A DNA stretch of 12,363 nt from a bacterium (GCA_037446635.1 JBBIIG010000091.1:1-12363), one strand, 5' to 3'; counted from the stretch's first letter, positions 1 through 8,868 are shown. Translations and numbers: made by a program. Notes: generated by a model from the letters alone, not told the origin.

Positions 1-422
1 TCGACTATCTCGTGGCGCGCGCGGGCCAAATTGAAGCCGCACTCGCCCCGTTCAAATTGACACCGCTGCACGGCGATTTTCACCTCGGCCAAATTCATTT
101 GAGCAACGGCCGCGTTTGGCTGATTGATTTCGATGCTCTGAGCTACGGCGACCCGGCTGCGGATCTGGGAAATTTATTGGTATTTCTAAAAGCCAAGGCC
201 AGCAAAAATCCTGAAATCGACCGACTTATTCAAACTTTTTTAGACGAGTATTTTTCGATCATGAGCCACGACATCGCAGCTCGCATCCCGCTTTATGAAG
301 CGTTAACTCATTTGCGCCGAGCGTGTAAATGTCTGCGTTTGCAAAAAGAAGAATGGCAGAAAAAAGCAACTCAAATGATAGAACAGGGAGTAGCAACTAT
401 TAACCAACTTGATGTGCATTGA
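1..422 (+). CDS. APH/choline-kinase-like phosphotransferase, 5'-truncated by the window edge (C-terminal catalytic part)
   Basis: The frame is open from position 3 (DYLVARAG...) to TGA 420-422. It contains the Brenner-type motif HGDFHLGQ (69-92), the metal-binding LIDFD and GDPAADLGN. Confidence 0.85.
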   Translation, partial: DYLVARAGQIEAALAPFKLTPLHGDFHLGQIHLSNGRVWLIDFDALSYGDPAADLGNLLVFLKAKASKNPEIDRLIQTFLDEYFSIMSHDIAARIPLYEALTHLRRACKCLRLQKEEWQKKATQMIEQGVATINQLDVH

Positions 423-424
423 AA

Positions 425-430
425 GAGGAG
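425..430 (+). promoter_or_regulatory. Shine-Dalgarno site (GAGGAG) for the gene starting at 436
   Basis: GAGGAG lies 5 nt upstream of ATG 436. Confidence 0.75.
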
Positions 431-435
431 ATAAA

Positions 436-900
436 ATGGAAAAGATAATCGGTTTTGATGAGCTTAAGGTTGGACAGCGGGTGCGGGTGAAAGGGAAATT
501 AGAGGGGGATGGAACCTTTCGCGCGCTGGAGATTACCATGCAGCCGCCAGAAGAGGCCGCCACCATAACCAGCGTGGTCCAGAACGTCAATTACGATAAA
601 CCCGCCATCAATTTGCTGGGGCGAGAGTTTCCGGTGCCCGCAAGCATAATCGTTAAAGATTTGGACCACAACCAGGTTAGCCTCAACGATCTCAAAGCCC
701 AAACCCTCGTGACCGTGAAAGGAAAATATGCTCCGGAACGTGGATTCATGCCATTTCAGATTCGAATGAAAGAAACTCTGGGCGTCAACATGGACAAAAT
801 GAAGGGCACCATCGAAGCCATTGACCACGAAAAGAAAACCCTGCGTGTCCTCGGCTTTACGGTGACCGCTAGCTCCAAGACGATTGTCGAGATACTCTAA
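436..900 (+). CDS. DUF5666-like beta-repeat (OB-fold-like) protein, 154 aa
   Basis: ATG 436 has an RBS, so it is preferred over the track start at 409. Repeated segments DELKVGQRVRVKGKL..GTFRALEI / NDLKAQTLVTVKGKY..GFMPFQI and SVVQNVN...INLLGREFPV / GTIEAID...LRVLGFTVT resemble DUF5666 repeats (recognised by eye). Confidence 0.6.
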   Translation: MEKIIGFDELKVGQRVRVKGKLEGDGTFRALEITMQPPEEAATITSVVQNVNYDKPAINLLGREFPVPASIIVKDLDHNQVSLNDLKAQTLVTVKGKYAPERGFMPFQIRMKETLGVNMDKMKGTIEAIDHEKKTLRVLGFTVTASSKTIVEIL

Positions 901-1944
901 TTGCAAATCAGAGACGAAAATTTCTCGATGGTAGCGGAGGCCGATGGCAAGTTGCCAGCCTTAAAATTGGCCCTAAACAATCAGGCCATGCAAACGCATT
1001 TGGCGCAAGCGCTGCCCACACTCTTCATCGATGCTCAGGAAGAGGCGGCGTTTCTTTCCCCTGAGTGGAGCCGGACCGTCCGTGTTCAGCATCGGGTCCT
1101 CAAATATAAACCCGGTAAGCACGGTGTCATCGAATATTTTTTGGAGATCGACCGCCGGCCGGCGCGCTGGCCGCGCGTTATCGGTAAAGTTTACCGCGCG
1201 GAACGCGGACGGCGCATCTTTGAAAATATGCAAAGTCTGTGGTCAGCCGCTCACAGCGGCGCCCGATCCTTTGGGATGCCGCAACCATTGGGGTATCTTA
1301 CCGAGTTGGGGATGGTCATTCAGGAAGCCGTGCCTGGGCAGCCGCTGCGCAATTTGCTCGAGGACGGAGATTTAGCTGGCGTGATTCGTCTGACCGCGCG
1401 CAACTTAGCGGTGCTGCACAGCTTACCGCTGGGGGCGCTTGAAAAAAAAGGGATGCGGGATCATCTGAAAAAATATTGCCATCCCGGCCCCGAGCTTCTC
1501 ATAGAAACATATCCTCAACTGGCCGCGCAAGTGGAGGCTATTTTAACCAAGTTATTGGAGGAGACGCGCCGCCCCCATTTTCCGCTTTCTCCGGTGCATG
1601 GAGACCTGGGGCTGGATCAAATTTTTTTCGCGGGCGATCAGGTGTATTTCATTGATTTTGACGGGCTGTGCCTCGCCCACCCTGCGCTCGATCTGGGTAA
1701 CTTTTTGGTGGCCTTGCGATTCTATCTCGGCGCTCGCAGAGAAAAATTGGCGGAGATTTTTTTAGCCAGTTACCTGGAAGATCAAGATGCTGAGGGTGTG
1801 GAAGGGCTCGCCGTTTATCAGGCGTTTGCTTGTTTCCGTCGCGCGATGATCTGTTTTCGCAAAAATGAGGGAAAGGATGTTCTCGCAACCGTTAAGCACC
1901 TGCTTAAAGCAAGCTGCGCCTATTTAGGCTTGAGGAGTTCATGA
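901..1944 (+). CDS. APH/choline-kinase-like phosphotransferase (start uncertain: TTG 901 or ATG 928)
   Basis: N-lobe motifs KYKPGK and VIGKVY, catalytic HGDLGLDQ (1597-1620), FIDFD and HPALDLGNF. The stop overlaps the next ATG (ATGA at 1941-1944). Confidence 0.85.
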   Translation: MQIRDENFSMVAEADGKLPALKLALNNQAMQTHLAQALPTLFIDAQEEAAFLSPEWSRTVRVQHRVLKYKPGKHGVIEYFLEIDRRPARWPRVIGKVYRAERGRRIFENMQSLWSAAHSGARSFGMPQPLGYLTELGMVIQEAVPGQPLRNLLEDGDLAGVIRLTARNLAVLHSLPLGALEKKGMRDHLKKYCHPGPELLIETYPQLAAQVEAILTKLLEETRRPHFPLSPVHGDLGLDQIFFAGDQVYFIDFDGLCLAHPALDLGNFLVALRFYLGARREKLAEIFLASYLEDQDAEGVEGLAVYQAFACFRRAMICFRKNEGKDVLATVKHLLKASCAYLGLRSS

Positions 1945-3881
1945 AATTCATTGAAGACCTCTCCAAACTGAGAGAGTTTGGCAGAAAAAAAGAAAAAGAT
2001 CGCGTTCCTCCAAAGACGCTGCTGAGGATTTATCGCGTCTTCGGACGGCATTACAAAAAATATTGGAAAATCCTCACCGTGGGGTATTTGGCGCTCTTCG
2101 CCACCATCGGGGTGACATTGCTCACGCCCTGGCCGCTGAAGCTCATTTTAGATTACATCATCATCAAAGAGCCGCTGCCGTCGTCTCTGGCATTTTTAAC
2201 TCCGATGTTGCAAAGCCACCTCAAGTTGCTGATTGTGATATTAGGCCTGGCCATTGTACTGCTGGCGGTTTTGGAGGCCTTTTTTTCGTACATCAACAAA
2301 TTTTGGATTTCCAGCACCGGCCAGCGCATGACCGCCGACATTCGCGAACGCATCTTTGCCCATTTGCAGCGGCTGTCGCTGTCGTTCCACGAATCGTCTC
2401 ATTCCGGCGATCTGGTATATCTGATGACCAACGACATCAATGAAATGAAGAATATCCTGATCGATTTTTTGCAGGATATGTCCAAACAAGTTTTCACGTT
2501 TGTGGCCACTATCATTTTTATGCTGGCGCTGGATTGGCGCCTGGCCTTGATCGCCGTCAGCACCTCGCCGATTCTGTATTTTGTCACCCGCTACTTTGGC
2601 GCCGGCATGAAAAAGGCCATGCGAAAAAAACGGGGGAAAGAAGGAGAAATCTCGTCGATTATCTCGGAAAATGTCACCGCGATGGCGCTGGTGCAAGCCT
2701 ACGGCCGCGAACACAGCGAGCGGGATCGCTTTTCCAAAGAGGTCAACGCCAGTTTAAAAGCACAATTGCAGGCGCTGCGGCTGCAAAAAACCTTCAGCCG
2801 TCTGAACGATTTCACCGTTACGTTGGGTACCGCAGGCGTGCTCTATTTTGGCGGCCTCTACGCACTGGGTGGAAGCATTCTGCCCGGCACGTTGGTGGTG
2901 TTTGTGGCGTACATGCGGGACATTTACGGGGCGATTGAAAAGTTTAATGGGCTTTTTTTGAATCTTGCTAAGTCGGCAGTTTCCAGCGAGCGCATTTTGG
3001 AATTGGTTGAAAACGATATGGTCATGAACGATGCGCCCACCGCCGTTGCCGCGCCCACGTTTAAGGGGCGCATCGAATTCAACAACGTGCGGTTTGCTTA
3101 CAAAAAAGGAAAAGACGTTTTAAAGGATTTGAACTTTGTGATTGAAGCCGGCGAGAACGTGGCGTTGGTGGGGCACAGCGGCGCCGGCAAATCCACGTTG
3201 ATTAGCTTGCTGCTGCGTTTTTACGATCCACAAGAGGGGCAGATTTTAATTGACGGCCAGGATATCCGTAACTTTACCCTGCGCTCGCTGCGGGAGCAAA
3301 TCACCATTGTGCTGCAGGATGCGCCGCTGTTTCGTCAGACGGTGCGCGAGAACATCGCTTTTGGAAAGAACGGTGCCACCGAGGAAGAGATTGTTGCTGC
3401 GGCCAAGCAGGCGCAGGCCCATGAGTTTATTTTGCAAATGCCCCAGGGGTATGAAAGCATTGCGCTGGAAGGCGGTAACAATCTTTCCGGCGGTCAAAAG
3501 CAGCGCATCAATCTGGCACGGGCGATTATTCGCAACACCCCCATCGTAATTCTGGACGAGCCGCTGACCGGTTTGGACGCCCGGGCCGAAGCCCTGGTCG
3601 CCGCGGCCATCGACCGGCTGATAGACGGCAAAACCAGCATCATCGTCGCTCATAAACTTTCCAGCATCGTGAGGGCTGATAAAATCTTACTTTTAGAAGA
3701 TGGGCAGTTGGCGCATTTCGGCAAACACGAGCAATTGCTGCGGGAGAGCACCGCCTACCGCGAGCTCTTCGAGCTGCGATTTGGCGGAGCGTCTATTTCG
3801 GACCAAAAAAACAATCGTGTCGATAGCAAATTAACCCAAGACGAAACAATGGCTTTGGTGCTTTCACAAAAAGTTAATTGA
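1941..3881 (+). CDS. ABC exporter, fused TMD-NBD half-transporter (MsbA-like, type IV), 646 aa
   Basis: N-terminal hydrophobic helices, Walker A GHSGAGKST, Q-loop VLQD, signature LSGGQKQR, Walker B IVILDE and H-switch AHKLS. Confidence 0.95.
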   Translation: MKFIEDLSKLREFGRKKEKDRVPPKTLLRIYRVFGRHYKKYWKILTVGYLALFATIGVTLLTPWPLKLILDYIIIKEPLPSSLAFLTPMLQSHLKLLIVILGLAIVLLAVLEAFFSYINKFWISSTGQRMTADIRERIFAHLQRLSLSFHESSHSGDLVYLMTNDINEMKNILIDFLQDMSKQVFTFVATIIFMLALDWRLALIAVSTSPILYFVTRYFGAGMKKAMRKKRGKEGEISSIISENVTAMALVQAYGREHSERDRFSKEVNASLKAQLQALRLQKTFSRLNDFTVTLGTAGVLYFGGLYALGGSILPGTLVVFVAYMRDIYGAIEKFNGLFLNLAKSAVSSERILELVENDMVMNDAPTAVAAPTFKGRIEFNNVRFAYKKGKDVLKDLNFVIEAGENVALVGHSGAGKSTLISLLLRFYDPQEGQILIDGQDIRNFTLRSLREQITIVLQDAPLFRQTVRENIAFGKNGATEEEIVAAAKQAQAHEFILQMPQGYESIALEGGNNLSGGQKQRINLARAIIRNTPIVILDEPLTGLDARAEALVAAAIDRLIDGKTSIIVAHKLSSIVRADKILLLEDGQLAHFGKHEQLLRESTAYRELFELRFGGASISDQKNNRVDSKLTQDETMALVLSQKVN

Positions 3882-3883
3882 AG

Positions 3884-5773
3884 ATGAAAAAGAGTAAACC
3901 GCCGCATAAAGCGTCAGTAAATTATAACACCCTGTTTCGGCTCTACCGCGTGTTTGGGCGCTATTACAAGAAACATTGGAAAATGGCGCTGCTGGCGTAT
4001 TCCGGACTTTTGCTCACCATCGCCGTAGCGTTACTGCAACCCTGGCCGCTGAAACTCATCATCGACAACGTCATCCTGCGGCGGCCGCTACCGCAGAAAG
4101 CCGCCTTCATCACCCAATGGTTTGGCAGTGAAGCGCAAGGTTTACTGTTGGGTTTGGTGCTGGTCTTTGTGACGCTGCGTATGCTCGATAGCTTTTTCTC
4201 CTATATGCATAAAATTGGCATCCTCACCATTGGGGAGAAGATCATCGCCGACATCCGCCAGGACATCTTCGCACATTTGCAGCGGTTGTCGCTCTCCTTT
4301 CATTCTTCGGCGCGCTCGGGCGATCTGATTTACCGTTTGACCACCGACACCCATGAAATCAAAACCATCCTGATTAATGTGCCGATGTTTTTCACCTATC
4401 GCCTTTTCATTGTGGTTTCTCACGTTGGGTTGATGCTGTTTCTGGAATGGCGGTTGGCGCTGGTTGCATTCACGATCATTCCAATACTCTACTATTACCA
4501 GCGCCGAATGGGCGGCGACGTGCAAAGCGCCACCCGTGAGAAACGGAAAAAGGAGGGAGAGGTTAGCTCGCTGGTTTCTGAGAATATTACGGCCATGGCT
4601 TTAGTTCATGCCTACGGCCGTGAAGATTTGCACCAGGCGCGCTTTATTGCCGAAAACCGGCTCAGTCTCGAATCCGGCATCACCGCCCTGCAAATCAGCA
4701 AGCTCTTCAAACGCTTGAGCGATATCTTGATGGCCGTCGGCACTGCCGGGGTGGTTTGCTACGGCGCGATGCTCGCCTTGAATGGCGCCATCCTGCCGGG
4801 AACCCTGGTGCTGTTCGTTTCTTACTTGAAAAATCTTTATAAACCGATCGAGATGTTTGCGGAGATGTACCTCGACGTCGCTAAGTCGCAGGTCTCCGGC
4901 GAGCGACTTTTGGAGCTGGTTGATTGCGAGATGGTTATGGCGGACGACCCGCAGGCGGTGGCGGCGCCGCCATTCAAAGGAAAAATCGAGTTTCGGAATG
5001 TTTCTTTTGCTTATCACAAAGGCATCGACGTCATCAAACGGCTCACTTTGACCGTGCAGCCAGGGGAAACGGTCGCGTTGGTTGGCCACAGCGGCGCCGG
5101 CAAATCCACGCTGGTCAGTTTGCTGTTGCGCTTTTACGATCCGCAGGACGGTCAAATCCTGATCGATGGCCTCGACCTGCGCAAGTTTACCTTAAAATCT
5201 CTGCGTGCACAAATGACCGTGCTGCTGCAGGACGCCAAGTTATTTAATCTCACCGTTCGCGAAAATATTGCTTTCGGAAAGGCCGACGCCACGTTCGAGG
5301 AAATTGTGGAGGCAGCGAAATTAGCCCAGGCCCACGAGTTTATTATGGAAATGCCGGAGGAGTACGAGACCGTGATTCACGAGGGCGGCGACAACCTCTC
5401 CGGCGGACAAAAGCAGCGCATTAACATCGCCCGCGCTATCATTCGCAACACACCGATTTTGATTTTGGATGAACCCGTCACCGCCCTGGACGCCCGCACC
5501 GAAGCCAAAATTCAACAAGCTCTGCGCGCGCTCACGCGTGGAAAAACCACGTTCATCATCGCCCATAAATTTTCCACCGTGTCCCATGCGAATAAAATCC
5601 TGCTTTTGGAGCAGGGAGAGCTGGCGGCTTTTGGAACTCACGACGAGCTCATGCGAACCAGCTACGAATACCACGAGCTTTACAAATTGCAGTTCGACCC
5701 GCTGCTGGCTAATAGCGGCGGGCTGGGCGAAGAAGAGAAAAGGGGACTGCAGGAAATTCAAAATAGTTTGTAG
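3884..5773 (+). CDS. Second ABC exporter, fused TMD-NBD half-transporter (MsbA-like), paralog of 1941-3881; alternative start TTG 3878
   Basis: TM helices, GHSGAGKST, LLQD, LSGGQKQR, ILILDE and AHKFS. It shares PWPLKLI.D, IFAHLQRLSLSFH and ENxTAMALVxAYGRE with the upstream gene. Confidence 0.95.
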   Translation: MKKSKPPHKASVNYNTLFRLYRVFGRYYKKHWKMALLAYSGLLLTIAVALLQPWPLKLIIDNVILRRPLPQKAAFITQWFGSEAQGLLLGLVLVFVTLRMLDSFFSYMHKIGILTIGEKIIADIRQDIFAHLQRLSLSFHSSARSGDLIYRLTTDTHEIKTILINVPMFFTYRLFIVVSHVGLMLFLEWRLALVAFTIIPILYYYQRRMGGDVQSATREKRKKEGEVSSLVSENITAMALVHAYGREDLHQARFIAENRLSLESGITALQISKLFKRLSDILMAVGTAGVVCYGAMLALNGAILPGTLVLFVSYLKNLYKPIEMFAEMYLDVAKSQVSGERLLELVDCEMVMADDPQAVAAPPFKGKIEFRNVSFAYHKGIDVIKRLTLTVQPGETVALVGHSGAGKSTLVSLLLRFYDPQDGQILIDGLDLRKFTLKSLRAQMTVLLQDAKLFNLTVRENIAFGKADATFEEIVEAAKLAQAHEFIMEMPEEYETVIHEGGDNLSGGQKQRINIARAIIRNTPILILDEPVTALDARTEAKIQQALRALTRGKTTFIIAHKFSTVSHANKILLLEQGELAAFGTHDELMRTSYEYHELYKLQFDPLLANSGGLGEEEKRGLQEIQNSL

Positions 5774-5788
5774 GTTGGACACACTAAG

Positions 5789-6934
5789 ATGGATTTTTCA
5801 TTTCAAGAAGAGCAACTCGCGCTTAAAAAAGAGATCATCAAATTCGCGCAAAACGAATTGAACGCCGGTCTAATCCGGCGAGATAAAGAGGGCGCGTTTG
5901 CAAAAGAAAACTGGAAAAAATGTGCCGAGTTTGGAGTACACGGCCTGCCGTTTCCCAAGGAGTTTGGTGGCCAGGAGGCCGATATCATCACCACCATGCT
6001 GGCGATGGAAGGACTCGGCTACGGCTGTCGCGATAGCGGTCTGTTGTTCGGCATCAACGCCCAGATGTGGAGCGTACAAATGCCCATCTGGGAGTTTGGC
6101 AGCGACGAACAGAAACGGAAGTATCTGCCGGGCTTGATCAATGGCGAGCTGATTGGCGCCCACGGCATGTCCGAACCTGGCTCCGGCTCCGATGCCTTCA
6201 GCCTTACCACCCGCGCCGAACGCCGGGAAAACCAGTACATTTTGAACGGCTCGAAAACATTTGTGACCAACGGTCCGGTAGCTGATGTGTTTCTGGTGTT
6301 TGCGACCGTTGATAAATCCCAGGGGTTCATGGGCGTCACGGCGTTTCTGATTGATCGCGGGACGCCCGGATTGCGCGTCGGCCCCAACATGAGTAAAATG
6401 GGATTGCGGACTTCGACGATCAGTGAGCTATTTTTAGATGACTGCGCCATTCCGCTGACCTCCCGGCTGGGGCGCGAAGGTGCCGGCGCGACAATTTTCA
6501 ATGCCTCGATGGAATGGGAACGCAGCGCGATTTTAGCTAATTATATCGGCGCGATGGAATATCAGTTGGAGCGCTGCCTGGCTTACGCGAAAGAACGCCG
6601 CCAGTTTGGAAAACCCATCGGCAAGTTTCAATCCGTGGCCAACCGCATTGTCGATATGAAGCTGCGGCTGGAAACCTCGCGGCTCTTGCTCTACAAAGTC
6701 GCCTGGATGAAGAAGACCCACGGCAAATGCCCGATGGAGGCGGCGCTGGCAAAGTTGCAGTTGAGCGAAGCCTGGGTGGCCTCCTGTTTGGATGCGGTTC
6801 GCATTCACGGCGGCTACGGCTTTATGACCGAATATGAGTTGGAGCGCGATGTGCGCGACTCGCTGGGCGGGGTACTCTATTCGGGTACATCCGAAATTCA
6901 GCGTAACATCATTGCAAAATATTTAGGATTGTAG
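5789..6934 (+). CDS. Acyl-CoA dehydrogenase family protein, likely L-prolyl-[carrier protein] dehydrogenase (PltE/RedW/AnaB-like), 381 aa
   Basis: ACAD motifs MSEPGSGSD, LNGSKTFVTN, RRQFGKPIGKFQ and IHGGYG. SMEWER (Glu244) together with C-terminal LYSGTSEIQR, where Ser replaces the MCAD-type catalytic Glu, is the pattern of prolyl-carrier dehydrogenases. It is adjacent to an adenylation enzyme and a carrier protein. Confidence 0.85.
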   Translation: MDFSFQEEQLALKKEIIKFAQNELNAGLIRRDKEGAFAKENWKKCAEFGVHGLPFPKEFGGQEADIITTMLAMEGLGYGCRDSGLLFGINAQMWSVQMPIWEFGSDEQKRKYLPGLINGELIGAHGMSEPGSGSDAFSLTTRAERRENQYILNGSKTFVTNGPVADVFLVFATVDKSQGFMGVTAFLIDRGTPGLRVGPNMSKMGLRTSTISELFLDDCAIPLTSRLGREGAGATIFNASMEWERSAILANYIGAMEYQLERCLAYAKERRQFGKPIGKFQSVANRIVDMKLRLETSRLLLYKVAWMKKTHGKCPMEAALAKLQLSEAWVASCLDAVRIHGGYGFMTEYELERDVRDSLGGVLYSGTSEIQRNIIAKYLGL

Positions 6935-6949
6935 GACGGATTCATAATT

Positions 6950-6972
6950 CGTCAGGGTTCTGAACCCTGACG
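6950..6972. repeat. Perfect intergenic inverted repeat CGTCAGGGTTC-T-GAACCCTGACG (REP-like hairpin)
   Basis: The 11-nt arms 6950-6960 and 6962-6972 are exact reverse complements. No U-tract follows. Confidence 0.85.
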
Positions 6973-7001
6973 GGGTTGGAGCTTTGACGGGGGTACACAA
7001 A

Positions 7002-8573
7002 ATGGCTTACATCTTACCACAACTTCTCATCGCTACCGCCGAACGTTTCCCGGAAAAGGCCGCGCTGGTGTTTCAAAATCAACGCCTGTCTTACCTCGAA
7101 CTCGACGAAGCCAGCAATCGTCTCGCCCACGCTTTAAAAAAGAACGGCGTTCGCCGCGGCGACCGCGTGGGCATTTTCATCAACAAATCGCTGCCAGCCT
7201 ATGTGAGCGTTTTTGGCATTTTGAAAGCGGAGGCCGTTTACGTCCCCCTCGATCCCGGCGCGCCAGCCAAACGGTTGCGTTATATCATCAACAATTGTGG
7301 CATACACTGTCTGCTGAGCACAGCAAACAAAATTGAACCGCTGGAGCAGATTGGCGCGGAGGGGGCGCCATTGCAGCGCATAATATTCGTCGACAACCAA
7401 CCCGGCCCTGAGCGCCTGGCCGGGGCCGCGGTGGTTCCGTGGCTGGAGGTGCTGCAAGAAAATTCTTGTTGCCCGGAATTGACCTCCATCGAAACGGATC
7501 TGGCTTACATTCTTTACACTTCAGGTTCGACCGGCGAGCCGAAAGGAGTGATGATTTCTCATCGCAACGCCCTGACGTTTATCGATTGGGCTTTTGATAC
7601 CATTCGAATTCAGCCAGCGGATCGGGTATCGAATCACGCGCCGCTGCATTTTGATTTGTCGATTTTTGATATTTTCGCCGCCGTGAAGGGCGGCGCAACG
7701 ATCTTTCCCGTGCCCGCAGAAACGGCCAAGTTTCCGGTCAAGCTCTCGGATTTTATTTCGCAAGCGAAAATCTCCGTGTGGTACTCGGTGCCGTCGGCGT
7801 GGGTGCACCTGTTGTCGCGCGGCCAGTTGGAGAAATTTGATTTTAGCGCTCTGCGCGCCATTATTTTTGCCGGCGAAGTTTTTCCAAGCAAACACCTGCG
7901 CGAGTTAATGCAGATGATTCCGCGCGCGGCGTATTACAATTGGTACGGCCCCACTGAAACCAACGTGATCACCAGTTATGAGGTCAAACAACCGCCGCCC
8001 ACCGATGATCCCATCCCCATTGGCAAGCCCTGCTCCAACATGGAGGTGTTCGCATTGGATGAACAGGAAAAGCTGATTTCGGAGCCCGGCGCGGTGGGTG
8101 AGTTGTATGGCCGCGGACCGGGCGTGGCACAAGGGTATTGGAATGACCCGGCTAAAACCGACGCGCGGTTTGTGCGCAATCCCCTGCAGCCCCATTTTTG
8201 GGACCGAGCGTACAAAACCGGCGACCTGGTGAAATTGGATGCCGCCGGCAATTACCTCTATCTCGGCCGCCGCGATCACCAGGTGAAAGTGCAGGGGTAC
8301 CGCATCGAACTGGGCGAGATTGAGACCGCGCTGCTCAGCCATCCCGAGGTGGAAGAAGCCGCGGTGGTGGCCATGGAAAATGAACAGCAGATAACCTATC
8401 TCAAAGCCTTTGTGGTGGGCCGCAGCAACCGCCGCCTTAATGAGGTGGAACTCAAGCGGCATTGTGCGCAGCACGTTCCGAAATATATGATTCCCGAAGC
8501 GATCGAATGGCGCGACGCGCTTCCCAAAACCTCTACCGGAAAAACCGATAAAAAACATTTACTAAACCTGTGA
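7002..8573 (+). CDS. Stand-alone amino acid adenylation enzyme, likely L-proline--[carrier protein] ligase (PltF/RedM-like), 523 aa
   Basis: Core motifs LSYLELD, LAYILYTSGSTGEPKG, FDLS, YGPTE, YKTGDL, GRRDHQVKVQGYRIELGEIE and LPKTSTGKTD. There is no C or T domain. ATG 7002 is preferred over TTG 6984. Confidence 0.88.
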   Translation: MAYILPQLLIATAERFPEKAALVFQNQRLSYLELDEASNRLAHALKKNGVRRGDRVGIFINKSLPAYVSVFGILKAEAVYVPLDPGAPAKRLRYIINNCGIHCLLSTANKIEPLEQIGAEGAPLQRIIFVDNQPGPERLAGAAVVPWLEVLQENSCCPELTSIETDLAYILYTSGSTGEPKGVMISHRNALTFIDWAFDTIRIQPADRVSNHAPLHFDLSIFDIFAAVKGGATIFPVPAETAKFPVKLSDFISQAKISVWYSVPSAWVHLLSRGQLEKFDFSALRAIIFAGEVFPSKHLRELMQMIPRAAYYNWYGPTETNVITSYEVKQPPPTDDPIPIGKPCSNMEVFALDEQEKLISEPGAVGELYGRGPGVAQGYWNDPAKTDARFVRNPLQPHFWDRAYKTGDLVKLDAAGNYLYLGRRDHQVKVQGYRIELGEIETALLSHPEVEEAAVVAMENEQQITYLKAFVVGRSNRRLNEVELKRHCAQHVPKYMIPEAIEWRDALPKTSTGKTDKKHLLNL

Positions 8574-8609
8574 GGTTTAGTAAACGTGATTTCAGAAAAG
8601 GAGACAAGA

Positions 8610-8852
8610 ATGAACCACATTCAAGAGCAAATCCAAAACTACATTGTGACCCAATTCGCGTTCGATCACACAGCGCTCGATCCAGCGGAAGATCTGTTGA
8701 ACCAGGGGATCGTGGATTCCATCGGAATTTTGCAGTTGGTCACCTACATCGAAGAGACCTTTCACATTCAAATCAACGACGATGAAATTACGCCGGAAAA
8801 TTTTCGTTCTCTGAACACCCTAACTAATTTAGTCATGCAAAAAGTCCAATAG
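8610..8852 (+). CDS. Acyl/peptidyl carrier protein (PltL-like), 80 aa
   Basis: AAGGAG RBS at 8598-8603 precedes ATG 8610. The protein is small and acidic, with the phosphopantetheine motif GIVDSIGILQLV (Ser37, 8718-8720) and C-terminal EITPENFRSL. Confidence 0.92.
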   Translation: MNHIQEQIQNYIVTQFAFDHTALDPAEDLLNQGIVDSIGILQLVTYIEETFHIQINDDEITPENFRSLNTLTNLVMQKVQ

Positions 8853-8868
8853 AGACCCCTTTGCGGGT

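Noticed and set aside
1442..1449. A8 run (and A7 runs near 1985 and 2624) as frameshift or phase-variation sites
   Set aside because: The runs encode Lys/Glu/Arg-rich stretches in intact reading frames, and no broken frame needs explaining.
1..1944. Calling the phosphotransferases aminoglycoside-resistance genes
   Set aside because: Only fold-level motifs are shared. The Gln-type catalytic loop and the biosynthetic context give no support for an antibiotic-resistance role.
6950..6972. Rho-independent terminator call for the hairpin
   Set aside because: There is no U-rich tail on either strand and it lies between functionally linked co-oriented genes. It is kept as a repeat instead.
7905..8558. 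217-aa minus-strand ORF and other antisense or alternate-frame ORFs in the track (e.g. 4601-5155, 10773-11345)
   Set aside because: All overlap confidently assigned + strand genes and show no family motifs.
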